A DNA stretch of 32,000 nt, from contig NC_014148.1 of NCBI RefSeq assembly GCF_000092105.1, positions 3,660,001 through 3,692,000 on the forward strand. Direction: 5' to 3'. The notes under the pieces are model-generated. The model saw only the letters and a program-made list of their open reading frames with translations, made no database searches and was not told the DNA's origin. Positions 1 through 8,139 of the stretch are shown here, one piece after another. The translations under genes were made by a program, and so were the position numbers. The stretch's first letter is position 1. Each line of letters begins with the position of its first letter. This DNA comes from Planctopirus limnophila DSM 3776. GTDB lineage: Bacteria; Planctomycetota; Planctomycetia; Planctomycetales; Planctomycetaceae.

Positions 1-378
1 GTAAACGATGACGAGATCGTCTTTCGCCGGCTGCTTGAGAAATCGAGTGAACTCCTTTTCGATGGCGGCTGTGGTTCCCTGTTCATCGCAGAGATACGTG
101 ATCTGAGCTGCTGGCACGCCGCACTCTTTGAGAACCTGCAGCATCTCGGCATCACGGCGATGTTTTTGCGGGAACGGGCCGTACTGCGGGTTTTCCCACT
201 TCAGCAACCCCACACAGAAGACCCAGGTTCGAGCCGGTTGCCAGTTCGCATCTCCTCCACCAACTCCGGCTTCGGGCTGTGCGGCTGTAACAATCTCAAT
301 CCGAGACCACAACAGATTCACAACGATCAGCGCGACTATCAGCCAACGTTCGAACCGGAAGAACAGAAGACCTGTCAC
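1..378 (-). CDS. Partial CDS (N-terminal part; continues past window start): membrane-anchored caspase-like (peptidase C14-like) protein
   Basis: Absent from the ORF track because it has no ATG and runs off the edge. Manual minus-strand translation in the frame ending at base 1 starts at GTG 376-378 (or TTG 388-390), with an in-frame TGA at 397-399. It reads TGLLFFRFERWLIVALIVVNLLWSRIEIVTAAQPEAG...RTWVFCVGLLKWENPQYGPFPQKHRRDAEMLQVLKECGVPAAQITYLCDEQGTTAAIEKEFTRFLKQPAKDDLVIVY. That is one hydrophobic anchor, then a pattern resembling the first strands and helices of a caspase p20 fold, ending just before the expected catalytic His. The family call is by eye only. Confidence 0.4.
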   Translation of the reverse strand, partial: MTGLLFFRFERWLIVALIVVNLLWSRIEIVTAAQPEAGVGGGDANWQPARTWVFCVGLLKWENPQYGPFPQKHRRDAEMLQVLKECGVPAAQITYLCDEQGTTAAIEKEFTRFLKQPAKDDLVIVY

Positions 379-573
379 GGTGACTTCCAATGAGGGTCAT
401 GAACTGGGGAGAAAAGAAAGCTTCCGCCACTTTGGGAAAAGTTGCTCTCCAAACCGGACGGATCCGCCAGCGGAAATTCAGCATGCTCACAAGTGGAGCC
501 GGGCCATCACTATCATTCGATGGTGATGGCCCAGCCAAGTCAATTGAAAACGAAGATGAACGCGAACCCGCAA

Positions 574-1548
574 TCAGAATTCACCAACGGTGGCTCCGTC
601 GTTGATCATGGCTAAATTGCGATAAGTGCCGATATCCATGTTCTCGCTGAGAAAACGAACGGTGCCGTCCCCCATGAGAAAGTGGGCTCCTCCCGTGTGA
701 AGACTGCCGAACCCCGGCGTCCAGCCCCGGTTGGAATTAGTGAGTTGGCTGTTGAGACGAAACCACGTATCGCCAATAGTCGCCCGGCCCTCAACCGTTG
801 ACCGGTTGAGCACTCCGGCCCATGGGGCGTGACCGTCGTCGTCCAAAGCATTTGTGGAGGGGGTATAGCGTTCGCCAACGAGCAACACGTTGCTTGAACC
901 GTCCGTCATATCACGCAGTCCTGTTCGACTGTTCTCAGTGAAAGTTCCACGGTAGGTTGCGAATGTGGGAATTGCTGCATCCGAAATACCGGCCGCCACT
1001 CCTCCGGAAAAAAAGGTGCCAGCAACGGCGGGATAGTTGGATCGGCCGAAGTTGACGCCCTGATCTTCCACCGCGGAATTATCGGCCATGCGAACATTGC
1101 CATTTGAAAGGGTCGGGCCACCCACATCCGATGGACAGCGCAAGGCCCCCAGAGGTGTCCTCAGGGCGTCGGACATCGCTGTGGTGACAGCTGGCAATCC
1201 AATCGCTCCCGGATAGGGAAACGATGATGAAAAACGCGGCGAAAGGACGTTGTAGAGCGGTGCCTGATCCAACTGCGGCAGGATCATGACATTCCAGCCC
1301 CATCCAGAATATGAAGTTCCCGCTGCATTGGTGCCAATCCAACCGGGTGGGAATGCGTTGGCCTGATCATGATAATTGTGCAGCGCCAGACCCAGTTGCT
1401 TGAGATTGTTTCGACACTGCGTCCGACGGGCCGCTTCACGAGCCTGTTGCACAGCAGGAAGTAAGAGTGCGATCAGAATCGCGATAATCGCAATGACAAC
1501 CAATAACTCAATGAGTGTGAAACCATGTTTGTGAATCCTCCCCAGCAT
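574..1548 (-). CDS. DUF1559 family protein with prepilin-type N-terminal cleavage/methylation domain (pseudopilin-like)
   Basis: ORF 574..1623. The likely true start is the internal ATG at 1548, giving MLGRIHKHG/FTLIELLVVIAIIAILIALLLPAVQQAREAARRTQCRNNLKQLGLALHNYHD (class III signal motif G/FTLIE). The C-terminal HTGGAHFLMGDGTVRFLSENMD motif is shared with the paralog at 16516..17562. Confidence 0.85.
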   Translation of the reverse strand: MLGRIHKHGFTLIELLVVIAIIAILIALLLPAVQQAREAARRTQCRNNLKQLGLALHNYHDQANAFPPGWIGTNAAGTSYSGWGWNVMILPQLDQAPLYNVLSPRFSSSFPYPGAIGLPAVTTAMSDALRTPLGALRCPSDVGGPTLSNGNVRMADNSAVEDQGVNFGRSNYPAVAGTFFSGGVAAGISDAAIPTFATYRGTFTENSRTGLRDMTDGSSNVLLVGERYTPSTNALDDDGHAPWAGVLNRSTVEGRATIGDTWFRLNSQLTNSNRGWTPGFGSLHTGGAHFLMGDGTVRFLSENMDIGTYRNLAMINDGATVGEF

Positions 1549-1960
1549 TACTCGAACCCTTGATATCGAAGAAGGAAATTGGCGATTCCAGATTCCACAC
1601 ACAATAGCAATATTCGCGCCCAAAAGACTCGATGACCATCAGTGATGGCGACTGGAAGTTGAGAACATGACTTAAGGGCTCATGTGCATGCTTCATCACC
1701 CCAAGCAAATCAGACTTTAGCATTCTCTGATGGGCACAAAGCGGTGCCATTTGACCTCTCGCACATAGGTCGAGGGACTCATCCATTTTCTATTGACATT
1801 CGTTCGCATAGAACTCGCGCGAACCTTCGCCTAACGATTGGGCAAGCGGGGCCAGCAGAAAGAAAACTCCACGCGTACCCCGTGAGCATTCATACTAATG
1901 ACTGCTAAGGACCGTAGGTGTTGTTACGGACAGAAAACCAACCCTGTTGATCCAAAAACC

Positions 1961-2587
1961 TTACGAAACATACCGTTCGAGAAATTCGCGCAGGTTCTCT
2001 CTGGCACGGGCCAGGAGTGATTTCACGGCTGGCTGAGTGAGATCCATGGTTTCGGCAATGTCGGCGTAGCTCATACCTTCGAATTTATGGAGCAGGACAG
2101 CCATGCGCTGCCGGCTGTTGAGTTGTTCCATGGCGGCACGCACAGCGGCCTGCAGTTCGGCTTTGTCGAGTTGCCGGGCTGGCATGAGTGCCGATTTCTC
2201 GACGACCAGTTGTTCTTCCGGGCGACTGCCCATGGAACCGGATTCATTCCCCGCGAGCGAGATTTCTTTTCGCCGACCTTTGTTCCGGCGGGAGTTACTG
2301 GCCAGATTATTGGCGACTTTGAACAGCCAGGTCGAAAACCTCGCCGTCGCGACATAGCTTTCGCGAGCGCGATAAATTCTTAGAAAAACTTCCTGGGCCA
2401 GATCTTCCGCCGTCTGCTGATCTTGAACCAGATGATGCAGAATCCCGACAAGGCGATCCTGATAAGCCGCCACCAACTGCGAAAAGGCAGCATCATCTCC
2501 CTGCTTGGCACGGAGCATGAGCTGCACATCCGGATCGCGCAAATAGCCCGAATCGGTTCCTGCAGACATGAGAGCAGCCGATGTCAC
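1961..2587 (-). CDS. ECF-type RNA polymerase sigma-70 family factor
   Basis: 208 aa. Region 2-like AEDLAQEVFLRIYRARESY...FSTWLFKVANNLASN and region 4 HTH-like RQRMAVLLHKFEGMSYADIAETMDLTQPAVKSLLARAR. No recognisable anti-sigma gene follows it. Confidence 0.9.
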   Translation of the reverse strand: MTSAALMSAGTDSGYLRDPDVQLMLRAKQGDDAAFSQLVAAYQDRLVGILHHLVQDQQTAEDLAQEVFLRIYRARESYVATARFSTWLFKVANNLASNSRRNKGRRKEISLAGNESGSMGSRPEEQLVVEKSALMPARQLDKAELQAAVRAAMEQLNSRQRMAVLLHKFEGMSYADIAETMDLTQPAVKSLLARARENLREFLERYVS

Positions 2588-2963
2588 GTTACAAGGTCTC
2601 CGTCAGTCAATTTCTTCTCAGCAAATTCCCTTTTCAGCACTATACCAGATCAGTGAACCTTTCGTTTCCTGAAGATCTCCTGAAATTGTGACAATCTATG
2701 AGCCTTAACTTCCTGACCTGCCACGCGAAAGCTCTCGCAACACCTTCCGCAGACTCGAACAGCGACCACAAGAATATACATTTGTCACCCATGGCGACTT
2801 GATGTCAACGGCCATGGGGCTATGCTGTGACAAAATGATCAATTTTTGAACGGGCAACCCTCTCAGATCAATACTTGCAGGGCTGACGCACAACATTGAA
2901 TCTCCGCCATTTTTGAATTATCCCGGCACCCTGAGTGCCTCTTTACCTTACTAGAGTGGTTTC

Positions 2964-4604
2964 ATGTACAGAGTTCTGATCACTGACAATTTGTCTCCCG
3001 CTGGCCTGAAGATTCTCAAAGAAACTCCCGGCATCGAAGTCGATCTCCGTAAAGGGCTCACCCCCGACGAAGTTCGTGTCGCACTTCACGACGCCGATGG
3101 CATTATCATCCGCAGTGAGACCAAGCTCACCCCGGAGATCCTCAAGGATCAGCCGCGGCTGAAAGCCATTGTGCGGGCTGGTGTCGGGACCGATAACATC
3201 AACCTTCCTGCGGCCACGCGCGAAGGCATTGTGGTCATGAATACGCCGGCCGGTAATACCACCAGCACGGCTGAACATACCATTGCCATGATGATGGCTC
3301 TTTCCCGCAATATCGCTCCTGCAGCCTCCAAACTTCGGGATGGTGTCTGGGATCGCAAGAGCTTCACTGGCACCCAGTTGGCAGGAAAATCGATCGCGAT
3401 CGTCGGGCTGGGCCGGATTGGCCTGGCGGTGGCCCGTCGAGCCATGGGTCTGGAAATGAAGGTCCTCGGATTCGACCCGTTCATGTCCGTCGAACGTGCT
3501 GCCGAGCAGGGGATTGAGTTGTACCGTGATATCGACGAGATGATCACCAAGTGTGATTACCTCACGGTGCACACGCCCCTCTCCCCTGAAACAACCAACC
3601 TGATTGGAGCCGAACGCCTGGCCAAAATGAAGAAAGGCGTCCGCATCATCAACTGTGCCCGCGGCGGCATCATTAATGAAGCGGAGCTGGCACAAGCGAT
3701 TGAATCGGGGCATATCGGCGGAGCGGCTCTCGATGTCTTCGTGAAAGAACCGACACCACCGGATAATCCTCTGCTCAAACTGCCGCAAGTGCTCTGCACT
3801 CCCCACCTGGCCGCTTCGACCGATGAAGCGCAAGAACTGGTGGCAGTGGAAGCTGCCGAGATTATGGCTGGATTCCTGGTGCGGCACGAAGTTCGCCATG
3901 CCGTCAACATGGCCCCGATTTCTTCTGCCGAGATGGCCGATATGCGAATTTATCTCGATCTGGGTCTGAGACTGGGTGTGGTTCTCTCTCAGCTCAATAA
4001 GAGTGGTGTCCGCAGTGCCAAGCTGACCTTCCGTGGCGAAGCTGCGACCAAAAAGACCAAGCTGATTTCCAACGCCTTTGCTGCCGGCCTGCTCTCTTCG
4101 GCACTGGCCGAGAACGTCAATATTGTGAATGCCGAGATGCTGGCTCACGAGCGCGGGATCCAGATCACGGAATCGCTCTCTTCGGAAGTTTCCGATTTCT
4201 CGACGATGATCAGTGCCACGGTCTACACAGATGAAGGGGAATGCAGTGTTGCTGGCACGATCTTCGGTCGTCAGTTCCTCAGACTGGTTCGCGTCAATCA
4301 GTTCCATCTGGATGCTTATCTCGATGGAACGTTACTGCTCTACAGGCACATTGACCGTCCGGGTGTTATTGGAACAATCGGTACAGCCTGTGGTCAGCAT
4401 AATGTGAATATTGCCCACATGGCTGTCGGACGCGAGCGGAATGAACCGGGTGGAGAGGCACTGGCGATTCTGAATCTCGATAATGAACCCTCTGCCGAAG
4501 CACTCGCTGCAGTGCAGGCAAATCCAGCTGTTACGAGCGTCCAACTGCTGCGTCTTCCCAAGGCTGGTAATCCACTCCCCTGGTTGACGACGCAATCGGT
4601 TTGA
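2964..4604 (+). CDS. serA: D-3-phosphoglycerate dehydrogenase (long form with C-terminal ASB/ACT regulatory domains)
   Basis: 546 aa. NAD-binding motif GKSIAIVGLGRIGLAVARRA, catalytic region CARGGIINEAEL...PHLAASTDEAQ, and a long C-terminal regulatory extension ending in an ACT-like segment (RPGVIGTIGTACGQHNVNIAHMAVGR). Confidence 0.95.
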   Translation: MYRVLITDNLSPAGLKILKETPGIEVDLRKGLTPDEVRVALHDADGIIIRSETKLTPEILKDQPRLKAIVRAGVGTDNINLPAATREGIVVMNTPAGNTTSTAEHTIAMMMALSRNIAPAASKLRDGVWDRKSFTGTQLAGKSIAIVGLGRIGLAVARRAMGLEMKVLGFDPFMSVERAAEQGIELYRDIDEMITKCDYLTVHTPLSPETTNLIGAERLAKMKKGVRIINCARGGIINEAELAQAIESGHIGGAALDVFVKEPTPPDNPLLKLPQVLCTPHLAASTDEAQELVAVEAAEIMAGFLVRHEVRHAVNMAPISSAEMADMRIYLDLGLRLGVVLSQLNKSGVRSAKLTFRGEAATKKTKLISNAFAAGLLSSALAENVNIVNAEMLAHERGIQITESLSSEVSDFSTMISATVYTDEGECSVAGTIFGRQFLRLVRVNQFHLDAYLDGTLLLYRHIDRPGVIGTIGTACGQHNVNIAHMAVGRERNEPGGEALAILNLDNEPSAEALAAVQANPAVTSVQLLRLPKAGNPLPWLTTQSV

Positions 4605-4639
4605 AACGCATTTCCTAAGAAAATGACAAGAGTTTCGTG

Positions 4640-4667
4640 GCATGCTTGCAGCCCCGGGCAAGCATGC
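4640..4667. terminator. Perfect 10-bp-stem hairpin between convergent serA and the M48 peptidase gene (candidate bidirectional terminator)
   Basis: GCATGCTTGC-agccccgg-GCAAGCATGC. A second shorter hairpin, CCGGGC-tatga-GCCCGG, lies at 4717-4733. Neither is followed by a clear U-tract, so function is uncertain. Confidence 0.3.
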
Positions 4668-4763
4668 AGCGGGACAATGTTGTGGATGAATTACAGAGAT
4701 ATTGGGCATGCTCATCCCGGGCTATGAGCCCGGCACAGTGTGCATGTTGCCACAGGCCAGCAA

Positions 4764-5618
4764 CTAAGAATTCAGTGAACCACCATCGGTGAGGTTTGAT
4801 GGCACGCCCTTTGGATAATTCTTTTCGAGCCAGGCCTCGATTTGTTGAACCCGGCTTTCGGGATGCGGATGCGAAGCCAGAAACTCGGGCTGACGGTTCC
4901 CCTGGCTGGCCTCCGCCAGTATTCGCATGACGCCCAGCATTTGCGAGGGGTCGTACCCCGCTTCGACCATTGCCACCAGACCATACGCATCCGATTCGGA
5001 TTCATCTCCCCGGCTGTACTTCATCTGCAGCATCTGGTGGACAACCATGGCTGCCATCTGAGCATTTCTGCCACTGCTGTTTTCGTCACTGGCAGCGACT
5101 CCAGCGGCTGTGGCCAGCATCTGCCCTAATTGACCTTTGGCCATATGCTCGGCACTGTGTCGATTGATCACATGGCCGATTTCATGCCCCAGGACACCCG
5201 CCAGTTGAGCTTCGTTCTCCAATCGAGAATAGAGCCCCATCGTGATAAAAATCTGCCCGCCCGGGAGTGCAAAGGCATTGATGGTTTTCGGGTCGGCCAG
5301 GAGATGAAATTGAAACTGCCAGGGGCTGTCTTTGGCTTTGGAAGATTCCACGAGCTTTCGCCCCACTTGCCGGACCATGGCGGCTCTGGGGTCATTGGGC
5401 GGAACCACGCCCCCCATTTCGCGCGCCATCTCTGGAGCCGATTGCTGGCCCAGTGCCAATTCCTGTTGAGGCGACATCGCCACAAACTGGCGTTCACCCG
5501 TCACGGGGTTCACATCCAGACTGGCGAAGTACCTCACCAGAGCAAACCCGGCAATCGCCAGTCCAATCAGGATCTGAACTCGAAACCCACGACGCCGAGG
5601 CTGATTTCCGTAAGACAT
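4764..5618 (-). CDS. M48 family zinc metallopeptidase, membrane-anchored or periplasmic
   Basis: 284 aa. N-terminal TM segment (VQILIGLAIAGFALVRYF), HEXXH motif HEIGHVINRH, and a downstream third-ligand region ESESDAYGL typical of peptidase M48. Confidence 0.9.
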   Translation of the reverse strand: MSYGNQPRRRGFRVQILIGLAIAGFALVRYFASLDVNPVTGERQFVAMSPQQELALGQQSAPEMAREMGGVVPPNDPRAAMVRQVGRKLVESSKAKDSPWQFQFHLLADPKTINAFALPGGQIFITMGLYSRLENEAQLAGVLGHEIGHVINRHSAEHMAKGQLGQMLATAAGVAASDENSSGRNAQMAAMVVHQMLQMKYSRGDESESDAYGLVAMVEAGYDPSQMLGVMRILAEASQGNRQPEFLASHPHPESRVQQIEAWLEKNYPKGVPSNLTDGGSLNS

Positions 5619-5725
5619 CGCACTGCCTCACACTTGATAAAGTTTGCCATCTGAAAGCCGATCGAACTCACGGTTAAAGTCTACAACGCTCGCGATGACT
5701 TCAACCACTCCATTTGCCGGGATCA

Positions 5726-6511
5726 TCAGGGAATGGGCTGATTCAGCCTGATGGGCACACCATGCTTGAGCAGGTACTCTTTGGTTTCGCCGATGGGGTG
5801 CGTGCCATAATGAAAGATACTGGCTGCCAGGGCGGCACTGGCGTGGCCCTCCTGTAGAATCTGCCTTAAGTGCTCGGGATGCCCGGCACCACCGCTGGCG
5901 ACGACGGGGATTTCGACGGCATCCGCCACGGCGCGGGTCATTTCAAAGTCGTAGCCGTCCTTGGTGCCATCGGCGTCCATGGAAGTGAGGACAATCTCAC
6001 CAGCGCCCAGACGTTCAACCTCTTTCGCCCAAGAGACTGCTTCCAGACCTGTCGGTTTGCGGCCGCCATTGATGTGGACTTCCCACTTGACGGAACCATC
6101 GGGCTGCGTGACTCGTCGGGGATCGATGTTGACGACGATGCACTGCTTGCCGAACTTGAGTGCGGCAGCCCGTACGAATTCGGGGTCTTTGACGGCTGCC
6201 GAGTTGATCGAGACCTTGTCGCAACCCGCCTGGAGCAGCGTGCGGATGTCGTCGAGATTGCGGATGCCGCCGCCCACGGTCAGAGGCATGAAGCAGACTT
6301 CGCTGGTTCGGCGGACAACATCATGGATGATGCCTCGCTCCTCGTGGCTGGCGGTGATGTCGAGGAAGACCAATTCATCGGCCCCGTCGCGCTCGTATCG
6401 GGCAGCCACTTCGACGGGATCGCCCGCATCCTGCAGATTGAGAAAGTTCACACCCTTCACGACGCGTCCTGCATGCACGTCGAGACAGGGAATAATTCGC
6501 TGATAAAGCAT
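5726..6511 (-). CDS. hisF: Imidazole glycerol phosphate synthase, cyclase subunit
   Basis: 261 aa. [12 protein letters not shown]...[38 protein letters not shown] and ASGGAG are collinear with canonical HisF. Confidence 0.97.
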   Translation of the reverse strand: MLYQRIIPCLDVHAGRVVKGVNFLNLQDAGDPVEVAARYERDGADELVFLDITASHEERGIIHDVVRRTSEVCFMPLTVGGGIRNLDDIRTLLQAGCDKVSINSAAVKDPEFVRAAALKFGKQCIVVNIDPRRVTQPDGSVKWEVHINGGRKPTGLEAVSWAKEVERLGAGEIVLTSMDADGTKDGYDFEMTRAVADAVEIPVVASGGAGHPEHLRQILQEGHASAALAASIFHYGTHPIGETKEYLLKHGVPIRLNQPIP

Positions 6512-6619
6512 GGCACCACCCGGAAAGAAACGATTTTCTGCACAAGAATGGCAGCTAAGTCCACTTCTGGCAAGTTGACAGCCATTCGAGGAAATCGCTC
6601 GTAAGCTCTGACGATGTGT

Positions 6620-6652
6620 GGCACGCTCTGAGGTCCTCCGAAGGGCGTGGTC
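6620..6652 (+). repeat. REP-like imperfect palindrome, left copy, flanking the Y1 transposase pseudogene
   Basis: GGCACGCTCTGAGGTCCTCCGAAGGGCGTGGTC. It matches the reverse complement of 7368-7402 with about 4 differences. Internal stem CACGCTCT / AGGGCGTG. Both copies give the peptide LRSSEGRG in spurious ORFs 6616..6948(+) and 7310..7516(-). Confidence 0.65.
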
Positions 6653-6681
6653 TGCCGGCTCATCTAAAGACAGATGGCTCC

Positions 6682-7268
6682 TTACTTGATATGAGGCAAA
6701 GTCCGATCTACCGGCAAATGACTGGGAGGCAAGCCAGAAAACTCAGCCGCACTCGACCATTCCCATTCCTCGGGCCGATTGACGAGTCCTCGCCGCACGG
6801 GATTCAGATGAATGTATTGGATCATCGACTCCAGCGTGGTTTCGTGGGTGATATTGCGGTCGTACCCACCGCCGGGTTGCCAGAATCGATGCTTCTTTCT
6901 GTTCCCCTCCCTCACAGTGATATGCTCCAGCCAGTGAGGAGCCTCTGATTTAAGCCACGCAACAGCTTTGCGCGAAACATTTGTTTGATTCGGCCAATCC
7001 ACGTTCCGACTTCCAGGAGGGGATCGCGTGGCGAAACGATCAGGTGAACGTGCTCCGGCATTATCACCCAGCACCAGAGATCCACATTCCCCTGATGCAG
7101 ACCCTCCTCAAGTGACTCCACAAACCATTCGCAGGGACGCCTTTTCAAGAAGAACTGGTGGCCTCGATAGGATGAGAAAGTGAGTTCCCTGGGTTGGCTG
7201 AGATGATCGAATCTCTTCCTGAGTTTTCGGAAAAGAGGCTTGCCATCGGCATCGGTTTGAATGTGCAT
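6682..7268 (-). pseudogene. REP-associated tyrosine (Y1, IS200/RayT-like) transposase, disrupted by a 1-nt frameshift
   Basis: Two overlapping minus-strand ORFs in different frames. 6912..7268 carries the HUH motif (VIMPEHVHLIVSP). 6682..7074 carries the catalytic-Tyr region (HRFWQPGGGYDRNI...YIHLNPVRRGLVNRPEEWEWSS). The frames must be joined near 6975-6990 (minus strand ATCAAACAAATG), giving ...WIGRIKQ(N)VSRKAVAWLK... Confidence 0.8.
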
Positions 7269-7367
7269 CGAATTTCCATATCTGCCTATGGAATAGGGTA
7301 CGGCCTCACTTAATAGTGGCCCATCAAATGAAACCGACGGAGATCGCGACTTGACGCCATTAATTGA

Positions 7368-7402
7368 GAACCACGCCCTTCGGAAGACCTCAGGGACGTG
7401 CC
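7368..7402 (-). repeat. REP-like imperfect palindrome, right copy, inverted relative to 6620-6652
   Basis: GAACCACGCCCTTCGGAAGACCTCAGGGACGTGCC. Its reverse complement, GGCACGTCCCTGAGGTCTTCCGAAGGGCGTGGTTC, aligns with the left copy. Confidence 0.65.
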
Positions 7403-7437
7403 ACCCGAAGTTATTACTCCCAAGTAAAATTCAACCC

Positions 7438-7611
7438 TCAAACGAATGGCCGGGCTTTCCCGAGGATCACCAGTAGAAAGGTGGCGATGGGGCCGAGCAG
7501 GAGGGAGAGAAGCCACCAGATGAGGCCACTGCGATCATAGGCGCGAGCGAGGCCCGCGTTGATCAACGAGAGTGTTCCCCAGCCGACAGCGAATTGAGCT
7601 TGATCATTCAT
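7438..7611 (-). CDS. Small (57 aa) two-helix membrane protein, hypothetical
   Basis: Below the ORF-track size cutoff. Manual translation: MNDQAQFAVGWGTLSLINAGLARAYDRSGLIWWLLSLLLGPIATFLLVILGKARPFV*. It has two hydrophobic segments and sits in the gap downstream of 7684..8139 on the same strand. There is no homology evidence. Confidence 0.4.
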   Translation of the reverse strand: MNDQAQFAVGWGTLSLINAGLARAYDRSGLIWWLLSLLLGPIATFLLVILGKARPFV

Positions 7612-7683
7612 GGCAAACCACCTGTTTTGACATTCATGGGAAATTGATCAGTTCGTTAGATGGCCTGTGCTGTTTCATCATGA

Positions 7684-8139
7684 TCACTGACCAGATGGAG
7701 TTTGCCATCCCAGGGACCAAAGCCACGTTCCCATAGCATAGAGCAGATAAGCGAGCAGAAGGACGCGAACCGCGACACTGAACCAGGTGAATTTCAATTG
7801 TCCCCGCTCGCGACGAACGGGAAAGGGCAATTCGCCTTTCCAGAATTTTCCCCAGCCATTCAAGCCAAAGTGATATGTCTTTTCCGGTGTTGTCACCGTC
7901 AAGATGTACCCCGGGATTCTCAAAAAGGTTGACCGAAACGAGTACAGCACGGCATCAGTGACCTCGCCGTAAGGAATCTTCCAGTTGCCACATTCAAGAC
8001 GGTCTTCGTAAACACGCAATAAGGCTCTGCGTGACGTCACCCAGCGCGGGCCATACTGACGTTGATCGCCTGTGGAAATCGTCGCCTTAGTGAAGCATCG
8101 ATAAAGCCACGGTTTGCCATTCACCACGGCTCGTTCCAT
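7684..8139 (-). CDS. Hypothetical protein with a C-terminal TM helix (possibly a PH-like soluble domain)
   Basis: 151 aa. Its start ATG overlaps the stop of the upstream gene (TAATG, sharing base 8139). C-terminal hydrophobic segment FTWFSVAVRVLLLAYLLYAMGTWLW. No motif recognised. Confidence 0.6.
   Translation of the reverse strand: MERAVVNGKPWLYRCFTKATISTGDQRQYGPRWVTSRRALLRVYEDRLECGNWKIPYGEVTDAVLYSFRSTFLRIPGYILTVTTPEKTYHFGLNGWGKFWKGELPFPVRRERGQLKFTWFSVAVRVLLLAYLLYAMGTWLWSLGWQTPSGQ

Noticed and set aside
1549-1623. 5-prime extensions of listed ORFs: 1549-1623, 9449-9586, 10431-10763, 17563-17652, 27040-27090 and 27950-28099.
   Set aside because: In each case an internal ATG yields a canonical N-terminus: a prepilin signal, Rossmann GxGxxG, lipoprotein signal, signal peptide, or alignment with the paralog. 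The upstream extension has no coding-like features. Starts remain predictions.
2943-4307. A very long (454 aa) ORF antisense to serA. Similar antisense ORFs occur at 29971..31053 (360 aa, opposite the kinase), 5870..6604 (opposite hisF), 5130..5654 (opposite M48), 19059..19670 (opposite the GTPase) and 26683..27249 (opposite the metzincin-like gene).
   Set aside because: Each is in the codon-aligned antisense frame: its start coordinate has the same value modulo 3 as the sense gene's codons. Stops would therefore appear only where the sense gene uses TTA, CTA or TCA codons, which these genes avoid. Their translations are R/G/H/D-rich and motif-free, whereas the sense-strand products are unmistakable homologs of known families.
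6975-6990. Possible programmed -1 ribosomal frameshift joining the two halves of the Y1 transposase.
   Set aside because: The site (ATC AAA CAA ATG) is not a canonical X XXY YYZ slippery heptamer, and I see no obvious downstream stem-loop or pseudoknot. A 1-nt indel, either a real mutation or a sequencing error, is the simpler explanation.
6616-7516. ORFs 6616..6948(+) and 7310..7516(-) both contain the peptide LRSSEGRG, which at first looked like a shared protein motif.
   Set aside because: The shared peptide is simply the translation of the inverted REP-like DNA repeat (6620-6652 and 7368-7402). Both ORFs otherwise overlap better-supported features and have no coding character.
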